64,000 nucleotides of DNA, from assembly GCA_963706955.1 (NCBI GenBank), contig CAVPOC010000002.1:64001-128000 (forward strand), read 5' to 3'. A program made the translations under genes and the position numbers. The DNA comes from an uncultured Verrucomicrobiae bacterium. GTDB taxonomy: Bacteria > Verrucomicrobiota > Verrucomicrobiia > Chthoniobacterales > Terrimicrobiaceae. How positions within the stretch are numbered: the stretch's first letter is position 1; each line of letters begins with the position of its first letter. The notes beneath the pieces are model-generated. The model was not told the origin of the DNA. It saw only the letters and a list, made by a program, of their open reading frames with translations, and searched no databases. Positions 51,765-60,913 of the stretch are shown here, one piece after another.

Positions 51765-52009
51765 CGAAAGACATTATCCCAAGGCCGCGTAATGAAAACG
51801 ATGGATCGGAGGCGAAGGTCGTCGAGATCCGTTTCCTTCAGATCGCAATGATCTTGTTTGGCAGACCCCCAAGAGGCGCGGAGCGTCAGCGAGCGAGCCG
51901 GTTAGCCCGCAAGAATCTGCTCGTCTTCGCCTAACTTGAATGATACGCGGAGAACCGGCGTTCGCCGGAACATAGGGTAAGCGAACGTTCACCAAACTTC
52001 TTTTATCCT

Positions 52010-53095
52010 ATGGGCCTCATCAATCTCCTCCGCGGCGAACTCATCGAAATCATCGAGTGGATTGACGATTCGCGCGACACCCTGGCGTGGCGATTTCCCG
52101 ATGACGACAAAGCGATTAAGAATGGCGCGCAATTGATCGTGCGCGAGTCACAAGTCGCGCAACTCGTCATGACCGGGCAGTTTGCGGATACCTTTTGGCC
52201 CGGCAAACACACGCTTAGCACGCCCAATGTGCCGGTGCTGGCGCGAATCCAAGGTTGGAAGTACGGCTTCGTCTCTCCGTTCAAGGTGGATATTTATTTT
52301 GTCTCGACGCGGCTGTTCACAGGCAACAAGTGGGGGACTTCAAACCCGGTGATGATGCGAGATCAGGATTTTGGCGTCGTCCGCCTCCGGGCCTTCGGGA
52401 TTTTCGATTTTAAGGTGGTAAACCCTCAGCTCTTTCTTAAAGAAGTCGTCGGGACGGACCAGAATTTCCGGATCGACGAGTTCGCCGATACGATGCGCTC
52501 GCGCGTAGTCAGCGCCTTCAGCGATGCGCTCGCCACCGCTAAAATTCCGGCTCTGGATGTGGCCAGTCGCTACGGCGAACTCGGCGAGGCATTGGTGCCG
52601 GCTATCAACCCGGCGATGATCGGAAAGTACGGCCTCGAGGTGACAAGCTTTATCCTTGAGAACGTCTCCGTGCCGCCAGAAGTCGAGCAAGCAATCGACA
52701 AGCGTTCCGGCATGAGCGTGGTCGGTAACCTGAACGACTACGTGAAGTATCAAATGGGCCAGGGCATGGCTCAGGGTGGGGGCGCCGCCGGCGCGCCCGC
52801 CGAGATGGCAATGGGATTCGCCATGGCGCAACAAATGATGCGCGACGTCGGTCAACCCGCACCGACGGCGTCAACGCCGCCTCCGTTGCCTGGCGTGCCG
52901 CCTCCGCTTCCTGGAGCAGCCTCTCCCGCCGGAGGTGCGCCCGAGGTGTTTACGGCCGAGCAGGTGGCGGAGCGGCTTGGTGTGGCAGCTTCCGACGTCA
53001 TTGCAGCGGTAGAAAGTGGAGAGCTGAAGGGCCGCAAGATCGGCAGCCAGTTGCGCATTACCAAGGCCGCCCTCGACGACTTTCTCGCGCATTGA
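52010..53095 (+). CDS. SPFH/band-7 (YdjI-like) protein with C-terminal excisionase-like HTH
   Basis: IKNGAQLIVRESQ, KWGTSNPV and RLRAFG motifs; Pro-rich linker; FTAEQVAERLGV..VIAAVESGELKGRKIGSQLRI. Confidence 0.85.
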   Translation: MGLINLLRGELIEIIEWIDDSRDTLAWRFPDDDKAIKNGAQLIVRESQVAQLVMTGQFADTFWPGKHTLSTPNVPVLARIQGWKYGFVSPFKVDIYFVSTRLFTGNKWGTSNPVMMRDQDFGVVRLRAFGIFDFKVVNPQLFLKEVVGTDQNFRIDEFADTMRSRVVSAFSDALATAKIPALDVASRYGELGEALVPAINPAMIGKYGLEVTSFILENVSVPPEVEQAIDKRSGMSVVGNLNDYVKYQMGQGMAQGGGAAGAPAEMAMGFAMAQQMMRDVGQPAPTASTPPPLPGVPPPLPGAASPAGGAPEVFTAEQVAERLGVAASDVIAAVESGELKGRKIGSQLRITKAALDDFLAH

Positions 53096-53125
53096 TCAGC
53101 TCAAGTTTCGGCTACCGGCCTGCTC

Positions 53126-54235
53126 ATGGCTGAAATCACAGCACTGCGCAAGTATCCCTGCCCCGAGTGCGGCGGGGACGCCGAATGGAGCGCTTCCAAA
53201 CAGGCCCTCGTCTGTCCCTATTGCGGCACAATCGTGCCATGGACGCCGGGAAAAGATACCCTCGGAGAAACGATCCGGGAAACCGAGCTCGCTGCGGCTT
53301 TGAGTTCGGCAGGATCCGAGACTCGGGATTGGCACTTCGACAAACGCGAAGTCAAGTGCCAGAACTGCCAGGCCATCACGGTTTTCGAAGCGTCGCGCGC
53401 CGCGCAGCGATGCGAATTCTGCGGCTCGCCATCCATTGTTCCGTTGGAGACAACGCGCGATGCAATCACACCGACAGCGGTGCTCCCGGCCAGACTTTCC
53501 GAGCCGCAGGTCCGTGATCGACTCCGCCAGTGGTATTCCTCGCGAATGTTCGCGCCAGACCGGTTCAAAAAAGCCGCGCTGACTGACACCCTGCACGGAC
53601 TCTATTTGCCTTACTGGACCTTTGACGCTCATGTGCACGCGGCTTGGACGGCGATGGCCGGCTATGTCTATTTCGAGAACGTGCAGCGCCGCGGGTCCGA
53701 TGGCCGGCTCGTGAACGTTGCCGAGCAGCGCGTCCGCTGGCAACCGGCTAGAGGTGAGGTGGAGCATTTCTTCGACGATGATCCTGTTCCCGGCACGATG
53801 GGGGTCGAACTCGCCCTTCTGCGCAAAGTGGAACCTTTCCCTACCCGTGGCGACGAACTGAAGCCCTACGAACCTACCTACCTGCGAGGATGGACTGTAG
53901 AACGTTACCAGGTCGACCTGCGGAAAGCGGCCGAACTAAATCTTGCGCAAATGGACACGGCAATGAGGGAACTCTGCGCCAAACAGGTGCCCGGCGATAC
54001 TCAGCGGGACTTGCAGGTGAAAACCCAGTATCAAGGCCGCACGTTCAAGCATGTTCTCGTGCCGGTGTGGCTCGTTACTTATACTTATGGGCCGAAGAAC
54101 TACCAAATCGTCGTCAATGGCTACACAGGGATCGTCGCCGGCGATCGTCCGATCAGCTACATAAAGGTCTTCGTCTACGTCATTTTGCCCGCGCTGATCA
54201 TCATTTTGCTGCTGCTCCTGACGCAGCAGTCGTGA
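53126..54235 (+). CDS. Multi-zinc-ribbon membrane-anchored protein (SPFH partner)
   Basis: CPECG, CPYCG, CQNC, CEFCG, YLPYWTFD and VNGYTG motifs, with a C-terminal TM helix. Confidence 0.85.
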   Translation: MAEITALRKYPCPECGGDAEWSASKQALVCPYCGTIVPWTPGKDTLGETIRETELAAALSSAGSETRDWHFDKREVKCQNCQAITVFEASRAAQRCEFCGSPSIVPLETTRDAITPTAVLPARLSEPQVRDRLRQWYSSRMFAPDRFKKAALTDTLHGLYLPYWTFDAHVHAAWTAMAGYVYFENVQRRGSDGRLVNVAEQRVRWQPARGEVEHFFDDDPVPGTMGVELALLRKVEPFPTRGDELKPYEPTYLRGWTVERYQVDLRKAAELNLAQMDTAMRELCAKQVPGDTQRDLQVKTQYQGRTFKHVLVPVWLVTYTYGPKNYQIVVNGYTGIVAGDRPISYIKVFVYVILPALIIILLLLLTQQS

Positions 54236-54443
54236 TCCGAACGTCTCGAGTGCGCGCCAGCCACGCCGCTCGACGCAGCCGGTGCACGGAGGCGGGCGCA
54301 TTTCAAAGATCTCCGCGTGCCCAAACCGCGCAACGAAAGCTGGTCTGCGGTCGGAGGCGAGTGATGAAGCACCGTTTTTCCGTGCTTTCGGGAAGATACG
54401 TTGGCAATGTCGGAGTTGATGCCGGACGTATCGCCGTGTCTTT

Positions 54444-55587
54444 GTGAGCTGGAAAGGTAACGAGTCGAGATTCTCACTGAGTCGGCTTCCGCTTTTCTGG
54501 AAGCTTCACATTGCTGGATGTCTCCTGCTTTTCTTTGGGCTGTTTCCGCTGCGGCTTTTCCTCATCCCGTACGAAACAGAGCTGCTGGGCTCACTCCAAC
54601 GCCATGCCTATTACCTTATCTGGTGCGATATCACCTGCTTCCTCCTGGCGATCGGCCTGCGCTATCTTTACCGGCTCGAGTATTTTTATCGCATAAGTCG
54701 CGTCTCCCTCGGAATACACATTGTCTTCATTTCTGCCGCGCTCGCGCTCATTGACATCGGACTGACCTTTCCTGTCTTTAGCCTGGTTGAGCGGCTGCAG
54801 ACATCACGCCAGCCCGCATCTCTACATTGCATCATCCATCTGGCCGCGCTTCTGGTTCTTCACAACGTGGAGCCTGCTCTATTTTCTCCTCAGGGCCTTT
54901 CAAGATGCCCGTCGCGCTGACGCGGCGCTGAGAGGCGCTGAGAACCGTCGTCGAGAGGCCGAGCTCCTCATGCTCCGCTCGCAAATTAACCCGCATTTTC
55001 TTTTTAACGCTCTCAACACGGTCCTCAGCGAGTCCGACGGCAACCAACGGCTGACGCTGGTGGTCAGAGGACTTTCCGATTACATGCGCTATGCCTTGGC
55101 AAATCGTCAAAACCTCTTCGTGCCTCTTGGCCAGGAGGCGGAAGCACTCGCCCGGTATGCGGACGTAGAGCAAGCGAGATTCGGCGGCACTCTTTGGATC
55201 CAAATCGCCATCGACCCGAATACTCGAGAGTTGCCCGTGCCCGGAGTCTTCATGCAGCCGCTGGTTGAAAACGCCATCAAACATGGCCGCGAATCGTGTG
55301 AAGAAACTCTCCGGATCCTCGTGCAGGCCGGGTTGGAGAATCGCACCCTTCACATTAAGGTCTCGAATACCGGGGCGTGGGTTCCGCCACCGACTGCTCC
55401 TCTCGACCGGCCCTCGGGCGCCGGGCTATCCATCTTGCGACGTCAACTCGAGCTCCTTTATCCAGGACGATCCGAGTTCCGGATCGGGTCGGAGAATGGA
55501 GGCGTCGTGGCCGAGATTCTGATCGATGATCCCGTCAACGCTGCGAACGAAGCGCAAACGAGCCTCAGGGACGCACGTCAAAGATGA
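54444..55587 (+). CDS. LytS/YehU-type sensor histidine kinase, frameshift near 54830
   Basis: TM-rich ORF 54444..54920 joins ORF 54787..55587 carrying LRSQINPHFLFNALN, QPLVENAIKHG and GAGL. Confidence 0.85.
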
Positions 55588-56315
55588 CTTGGCGGACCCT
55601 GATTATCGATGACGAGCCTCCCGCTCGAAAACACCTTAGGCGACTGCTGGCCGAGCATCCCCAAATTGAGGTCGTCGGCGAAGCGTCCGGAGTCGCCGAA
55701 GCCATCGAAATGTGTGAAAAGTATCAGCCAGGACTTTTGTTCCTCGATGTGCAAATGCCTCGAGCGACGGGTTTCGATCTTCTGCCTAAGCTAACGCCGG
55801 TGCCAAAGATTGTCTTTGTCACCGCGCATGAGGAATTCGCGCTCCGCGCCTTCGAGGTGAATGCGGTTGATTATCTCATGAAGCCGGTGTTCGCGGACAG
55901 ACTGGCCCTTGCTCTTAAGCGCATTCTCTCAGGCTCGGGGTTGGATCCCGCTGCCGATGACCCCTTGGAAGCCGGCGATGCCGTTTTCTTGCAGAGCGGT
56001 CGAACTCTACGCATGGTGCCACTTCGCCAGATCGTTTGCATCGTAGCCGAGGGAAATTACTCCACCGTGGTCCTCAGCGACGGTAAGGAGTTTCTCATTT
56101 ATCGAACCTTGAACCAGTGGGAAAAGCGCCTACCCAGCAGTCTGTTCGTGCGGCTTGACCGCTCGATTCTCGTTAATTTGACTCATCTTTTGGAGGTCAA
56201 GATCATCGACCGGGACGCGGGTCATTTGCATCTCACCGGCCGCAAGGAACCTCTAATGCTCGGCCGGACGGCCATCAATCGCGTGCGGCTCTCTCTGCAA
56301 GAACGGCAAAGCTGA
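55584..56315 (+). CDS. LytTR-family response regulator
   Basis: IIDDE, FLDVQMP, FVTAH, DYLMKP receiver motifs; AEGNYS and FVRLDRSILVN LytTR domain. Confidence 0.94.
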   Translation: MTWRTLIIDDEPPARKHLRRLLAEHPQIEVVGEASGVAEAIEMCEKYQPGLLFLDVQMPRATGFDLLPKLTPVPKIVFVTAHEEFALRAFEVNAVDYLMKPVFADRLALALKRILSGSGLDPAADDPLEAGDAVFLQSGRTLRMVPLRQIVCIVAEGNYSTVVLSDGKEFLIYRTLNQWEKRLPSSLFVRLDRSILVNLTHLLEVKIIDRDAGHLHLTGRKEPLMLGRTAINRVRLSLQERQS

Positions 56316-56551
56316 TCTGGCGGTTGGCGCTTCGCGGCCCCTGCCAACTTCGGAGAGAACTTCGCCGGATTGGGATAAGAAAACTTCCCGCAGCTGCAAG
56401 CTCTGGCACTTAGCTGCGAATCTCATAGCGAGACAAAGCTATGAACAGACGCAGAAAGACCTTCTCAACTTTTCGCAGAGCTTCCGACCGTGGTCGGAAT
56501 TTCCCTGGGCATCGCGCTCCTCAACCCACGTTTTCTCAGACGCTGCGAGAC

Positions 56552-57352
56552 ATGTCTTTCGGAGACATTCTGCCGGGCTCAATCGAAAAACGGATTGCTG
56601 GCAACTGGATTACACCGGAGGAAGCCGCTGTGGCCATCCGAGACGGCGACGGATCGGGGATACGCATCGCCATTCTGGATTCCGGCGTCGAGATTGGGCA
56701 CCCCGATTTTCGTGGCCGGCAACTCGACGACGACCTTGTCATGGATGACGTAAATCTCGGCGAGTTCGCCGAGGGCGAAGGAGAGGACACCTATGGACAT
56801 GGCACGGCGATCGCCGGGATCATCTGGAAAGTCGCTCCAGAAGCGGGCATCACCAGCTTCCGCGTGCTCGGACCAAAGCTCGCCGGACGCACGGCCCAGG
56901 TTTGGCTCGCCGCAAATGAGGCCATCACCAGAGGTTTCGACATCATCAATTGCAGTTTCGCATGCGGCATCTCCGGTCACTTATCTCTCTACAAGGAGTG
57001 GACGGACCGGGCTCTCGTCAAAGGCGTTCACGTAGTGGCCGCCTCGCACGGCGAGGAGCCGGAATGGCCTGCACATTTCGCGAGCGTGCTGGCCGTCGAC
57101 TATGCCGAGTCAGAAATGGACGAAGGCCAGATCTCGTATTCGGAAGGTCGGATGGTGGGATTTACGGCCGCTGCCGATGGCGAGGTTCCTTGGAAGGATG
57201 GCACCCATCGTTCGATGACGGGAAGCAGTTTCGCCGCCGCTCTGATGACGGGAATCGTGGCACGGCTGCTCTCGGTTTACCCGATTCGAGACCCTCTCCT
57301 GCTCAAGGCCCTCCTCCGGAGGGTCTACGGCGGCGAGGAGAATTGGAATTGA
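56552..57352 (+). CDS. S8 (subtilase) family serine peptidase, no signal peptide
   Basis: IAILDSG (Asp), GHGTAIAG (His) and TGSSFAA (Ser). Likely start is ATG 56552. Confidence 0.85.
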   Translation: MSFGDILPGSIEKRIAGNWITPEEAAVAIRDGDGSGIRIAILDSGVEIGHPDFRGRQLDDDLVMDDVNLGEFAEGEGEDTYGHGTAIAGIIWKVAPEAGITSFRVLGPKLAGRTAQVWLAANEAITRGFDIINCSFACGISGHLSLYKEWTDRALVKGVHVVAASHGEEPEWPAHFASVLAVDYAESEMDEGQISYSEGRMVGFTAAADGEVPWKDGTHRSMTGSSFAAALMTGIVARLLSVYPIRDPLLLKALLRRVYGGEENWN

Positions 57353-57628
57353 ATGGTCGACTCGGTGGAAGCGAGCCCGAGCTGAATTGCAGCATCCTTT
57401 CCAATAACGGCAGTTATTGCAAAATAGGCACGACTGTACGGGATCGCTCCGTGTTGGGGAAAAATGCATCTCGATAATTTAAAGGTTGTCGTACGTGCGA
57501 ATGATCTACTACAAAACTAGACCCAAAAGAGCTCACTATGATCAATGCTGATACAATACGCACGACTGATTCTGAAAATGGCAAGTCCCCTGCGACGGAT
57601 TCGGTTGTTGAGGAAATCAAGGGGGAGC

Positions 57629-57994
57629 TTGAAACCAGTAGACCAGTCTAGTTTCCCGGCCAATGAACCTGAGCAGGGTTCTGAAGCGAATGAGCCAGAT
57701 CGCGAAAGTTCCTTTACGAGGCGTGCCCTGCTGCTCAAGGTGGGCTGGGCTGTCCCGGTAATTCTCGCTGTCGGGCTGCCTTCAACGGTGTTAGCCGGTA
57801 TGACGTCTCCGTCGCGTGGCCATGACCACAAACCTAAGTGTGACTTCTGGCCCAAGAAAAACCACGGGTCCGACAAAAACCACGGGTCCGACAAGAACTA
57901 CTGGCCAGGCAAAGACCACTGGTTCGACAAGAAGCACTGGCCCGACGATAACAAGAAAAAGGACTCACATCATTACGACCGATTGTGGTGGTAA
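57629..57994 (+). CDS. Putative RiPP-like precursor: twin-arginine/lasso-like leader + His/Trp-rich hexapeptide repeats
   Basis: TTG start follows AAGGGGGAG (alternatives ATG 57545/57578). Contains FTRRALLLKVGWAVPVILAVGLPSTVLA|G and a repeat-rich C-terminus, and lies directly upstream of a PqqD gene. Confidence 0.7.
   Translation: MKPVDQSSFPANEPEQGSEANEPDRESSFTRRALLLKVGWAVPVILAVGLPSTVLAGMTSPSRGHDHKPKCDFWPKKNHGSDKNHGSDKNYWPGKDHWFDKKHWPDDNKKKDSHHYDRLWW
57857..57946 (+). repeat. Five 18-bp coding tandem repeats (KNHGSD KNHGSD KNYWPG KDHWFD KKHWPD)
   Basis: AAAAACCACGGGTCCGAC x2, followed by three diverged in-frame units. Confidence 0.85.
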
Positions 57995-58138
57995 TTAAGG
58001 ATGCTGCGGACGTTCATCATGCCGGAGTCGACTTTGGAGCGTGCTTCGGCTGCTTAGACAGTGTCCTTGAAGACGGTCACTGGATACTCAGTGGATTCCA
58101 GAATCGCCCAAAAGCCCTTGATACATCCTCTGGATACG

Positions 58139-58435
58139 ATGCTTGCCCGACCTAACCGGCTGGGGAGCGTCAACTGCTATGATTTAGACGACGAGGTGTT
58201 ACTCTACTCCAGCGGGAGTGAGAGGGTGTTCTCGCTCAATAGTTCCGCCAAAGCCATCTGGGAACTATGTGATGGCAGTCACACCATCGTCGAAATTGGT
58301 CAGGAACTCGGCGAGCGCGTCGGCTGCTCTGGCGATGAGCTGTTTGATGACATCATAAACGCTGTAGGTGAATTCCGTGAGCACGGTCTTCTGGAGTTGG
58401 CGGAAGCGTCTCGTGCGGAAATCCCTGGAAAATAG
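58139..58435 (+). CDS. PqqD family / RiPP recognition element (RRE)
   Basis: LDDEVLLY..VFSLNSSAKAIWELCDGSHTIVEI..L....DI...V..FREHGLL is a classic PqqD pattern. Confidence 0.92.
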   Translation: MLARPNRLGSVNCYDLDDEVLLYSSGSERVFSLNSSAKAIWELCDGSHTIVEIGQELGERVGCSGDELFDDIINAVGEFREHGLLELAEASRAEIPGK

Positions 58436-58451
58436 CGAAGAAACGGTCGCT

Positions 58452-59390
58452 ATGAACGGGCAGACATTACACGTTGGGTTCGGCGGCAGCAAGGTAGCTG
58501 TCTACTCTGATGCCCCCGAGGTGCTTGCGGGATTGAAACGTATCTTTGGTGAGATGCTCGAGTCCGAGCCCACGAGGACGGTGGAGCGTTTGGAGGTGAA
58601 GCGGAGAGACGGCAATTACAATGTCTTGGGGATTACGGAAGCTTGCATCGAGTATGGTTCGCTGGCCGATACAGTGGAACGCCTGCGGTTTGAAGTGGTC
58701 TTGCGCCTGATCCAGGCACGCTCCGACCTCATGTGGCTCCACGCGGGGGCTGCGGCCTACCGGTCTGGTTCTGTCATGATTCTGGGCCCTTGGGGGCGGG
58801 GCAAGAGTACCCTCGTCACAAGCCTCTACGCAAACGGCTGGACCTACCTGTCCGACGACGTCGTCCCCCTGGACCCGAATTCTGGTAGAGCATTTCCCTT
58901 TCCTTTGACTCCAATGGTTCGCGAGGACCCAGGACAGGAATTGCCTTTCGAGCGTCTTTCAGAACTGCGAAAGACGGTGGTGCCCCTCCTACCGGAAAGA
59001 ATATGCCGAGATCCCGTCCCAATTAGGACGGTGGTATTTCCAGTTTACCGCCGTGGGTGTCACACCGAACTTCTGCCCTGCTCCCCCGCGACTGCCGCGC
59101 TGGAGCTACTTCAAAATTGTCTAAATTTCCCGAGTCACCGGGAGGCCGCGGTGCGATACGTTTGCGATCTGGTAAGGAAAGTGCCCGCTTTCCGCCTCTC
59201 TTACAGCGACGGCAGACTCGCCGCCGAGCTCATAGCTGAAGCGCATGAAAGCTGGGAGCAGGTAAAAAGCTTCCCACAGCATCCTGACGCAGCCGACGCG
59301 GTCCTCCTCACTTTCCGATCGGGCGCCGATCATCCCCAAGCAACAAAGGCTCGGAGGACACCTTCGGCGTTCATTTCGATGAGGGTCTAA
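58452..59390 (+). CDS. HPr-kinase-like P-loop kinase (RiPP-associated type)
   Basis: WLHAGAA, GPWGRGKSTL and YLSDDVV motifs. Confidence 0.85.
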   Translation: MNGQTLHVGFGGSKVAVYSDAPEVLAGLKRIFGEMLESEPTRTVERLEVKRRDGNYNVLGITEACIEYGSLADTVERLRFEVVLRLIQARSDLMWLHAGAAAYRSGSVMILGPWGRGKSTLVTSLYANGWTYLSDDVVPLDPNSGRAFPFPLTPMVREDPGQELPFERLSELRKTVVPLLPERICRDPVPIRTVVFPVYRRGCHTELLPCSPATAALELLQNCLNFPSHREAAVRYVCDLVRKVPAFRLSYSDGRLAAELIAEAHESWEQVKSFPQHPDAADAVLLTFRSGADHPQATKARRTPSAFISMRV

Positions 59391-59537
59391 GCGCTCGCTA
59401 GTCGGCCTTGCCCGGAGGTAGCTACCGGAAGAAATCCGGAGCGCTTCGAACTGGCAACGCTCTACATGGTGCAGACGCTTGCAAAAAGTTAATTAAACAA
59501 GCGTCGGCTTTTATTACGCGTTCTCAGTTAGGAGCAT

Positions 59538-60641
59538 ATGTTCAAGACCTCCAGTAACGGCGGCGCGGGGCAATTTTGCGCTGAGATCGAGCTGCTCCTG
59601 TGCTGCGCTAGAACGTGCGTGGATTCGAAAGCGGCCGCGCGCGTCGAAGTCCTGCTGAGACAAGGCGTCGACGTGGCCTACCTAATGCGGGTAGCGCGAC
59701 GCCATGGGCTGTTGCCTTTGGTTTACTGGAACCTGCATAAAGACTGCCGAGTTCCCAAAGCTGTTCTCGATCAGTTACGGGGTTATTTCAGGACTAATGC
59801 TGTCCGCAACATAATCCTAGCTGAAGAGCTGATCGAAATTTTGAAGTTACTCAAGACACAAAATATTCTCGCGGTTCCATTCAAAGGCCCGCTTTTGGCC
59901 GCCCTGGCTTATCGAAACCTTGCCCTCAGGGAATTCTTCGATCTGGATCTTTGGGTTCACCAACGTGATTTCGCGGCGGCCCAGACCGTGCTCGAGTCGC
60001 GTGGATACCGACTGGAGGTCCAAGCTCCGTGGGAATCTTGCTTTGTCCGCAACGATGGCAAAATGGCGATGGAGGTGGATCTTCACAGCGGCATTACGCC
60101 GCCGGATTTTCCTCTCGCGCTCGACTTTGACCAATTGTGCGAGCGACTTCGTCACGTCAAACTTTCGACACGGATAGTCCCTACTTTTTCGCCGGAGGAC
60201 CTCCTCATAATCCTGTGCATTCAAGTGGCTAAGGATGCATGGGAGTGTCGTAATCGGCTACTGCAGCTCTGTGATATTAGAGCAGTGATCGACAGTCAAC
60301 AAACAATCGATTGGCGAAAACTGATGAGACAGGCTCGAACCATGGGCTGCCAGCGCATGGTCCTTCTCGGCTTCCGCTTGGTTAATGAGCTTCTGGAAGC
60401 ATCCGTGCCTATGGAAATCCTCCAGGAAGCCGCGGCACATCGGGGGGTCGAAACCCTTTGTCAGCGAGTGCGTGCGGTGCTTTTTGGAGCCGCGACTGCT
60501 GGCTTTCCCAGCAGTTTTGTTTTGCGACATCACGCAATCGATCGTGCGCGTGATCGGGTCCGTCACGCTTTGTGGTACTTTTACTTCAGGAAGGACCGCG
60601 CACTTATGGCGTCGCCACGATCTCTTTCTGGCCATGGATAA
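59538..60641 (+). CDS. Nucleotidyltransferase family protein (NTP_transf_5-like), C-terminus probably truncated
   Basis: [18 protein letters not shown]...[17 protein letters not shown] and LCDI motifs, with AGGAG RBS. Confidence 0.88.
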   Translation: MFKTSSNGGAGQFCAEIELLLCCARTCVDSKAAARVEVLLRQGVDVAYLMRVARRHGLLPLVYWNLHKDCRVPKAVLDQLRGYFRTNAVRNIILAEELIEILKLLKTQNILAVPFKGPLLAALAYRNLALREFFDLDLWVHQRDFAAAQTVLESRGYRLEVQAPWESCFVRNDGKMAMEVDLHSGITPPDFPLALDFDQLCERLRHVKLSTRIVPTFSPEDLLIILCIQVAKDAWECRNRLLQLCDIRAVIDSQQTIDWRKLMRQARTMGCQRMVLLGFRLVNELLEASVPMEILQEAAAHRGVETLCQRVRAVLFGAATAGFPSSFVLRHHAIDRARDRVRHALWYFYFRKDRALMASPRSLSGHG

Positions 60642-60740
60642 GGTAGCTGTGCAGATGTTCGCCGCTCCAATCGAACGCACTCCGAAGAACATCGTGAGTT
60701 TGGCGATACTGGTGTCGCTTGCCACGAGGAAACGTCGCCG
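60622..60740 (-). pseudogene. pRiA4b ORF-3-like protein fragment
   Basis: [15 protein letters not shown] (frameshift) [23 protein letters not shown] matches the family RR..V....LH..IQ.AF.W...HLH pattern. Confidence 0.65.
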
Positions 60741-60807
60741 AGGGGAACGCAAATACGTCGAACACCTTGGACTTGCTGCTGCCGTTTGGTCCAAGCAAGA
60801 CTGTCAT
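60741..60807 (-). pseudogene. AAA/ABC-type ATPase N-terminal fragment
   Basis: [21 protein letters not shown] is a degenerate GPNGSGKST Walker A. Confidence 0.55.
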
Positions 60808-60913
60808 TGGGCGCGTAGGCGCTACGCGCCCAGCGCTCTGGGCGTGTCCTCACGGAGCTTTCCGGCGCTGGGGACACCTAGGTGCGCCTGGCGGGGACTG
60901 CGGCCGCCGCGCG

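Noticed and set aside
56340..56390. AACTTC repeats as LytTR boxes
   Set aside because: Only 6 bp with irregular 12/24-bp spacing, which could be chance.
57857..57946. Short tandem repeats as a CRISPR array
   Set aside because: Units are 18 bp, adjacent, in-frame and have no spacers. No cas genes are in the window.
56552..60641. Calling the locus a complete lasso peptide cluster or a PQQ operon
   Set aside because: No cyclase or B2 protease, no Thr(-2) or Asp/Glu at core 7-9, and no pqqB/C/E or radical SAM gene.
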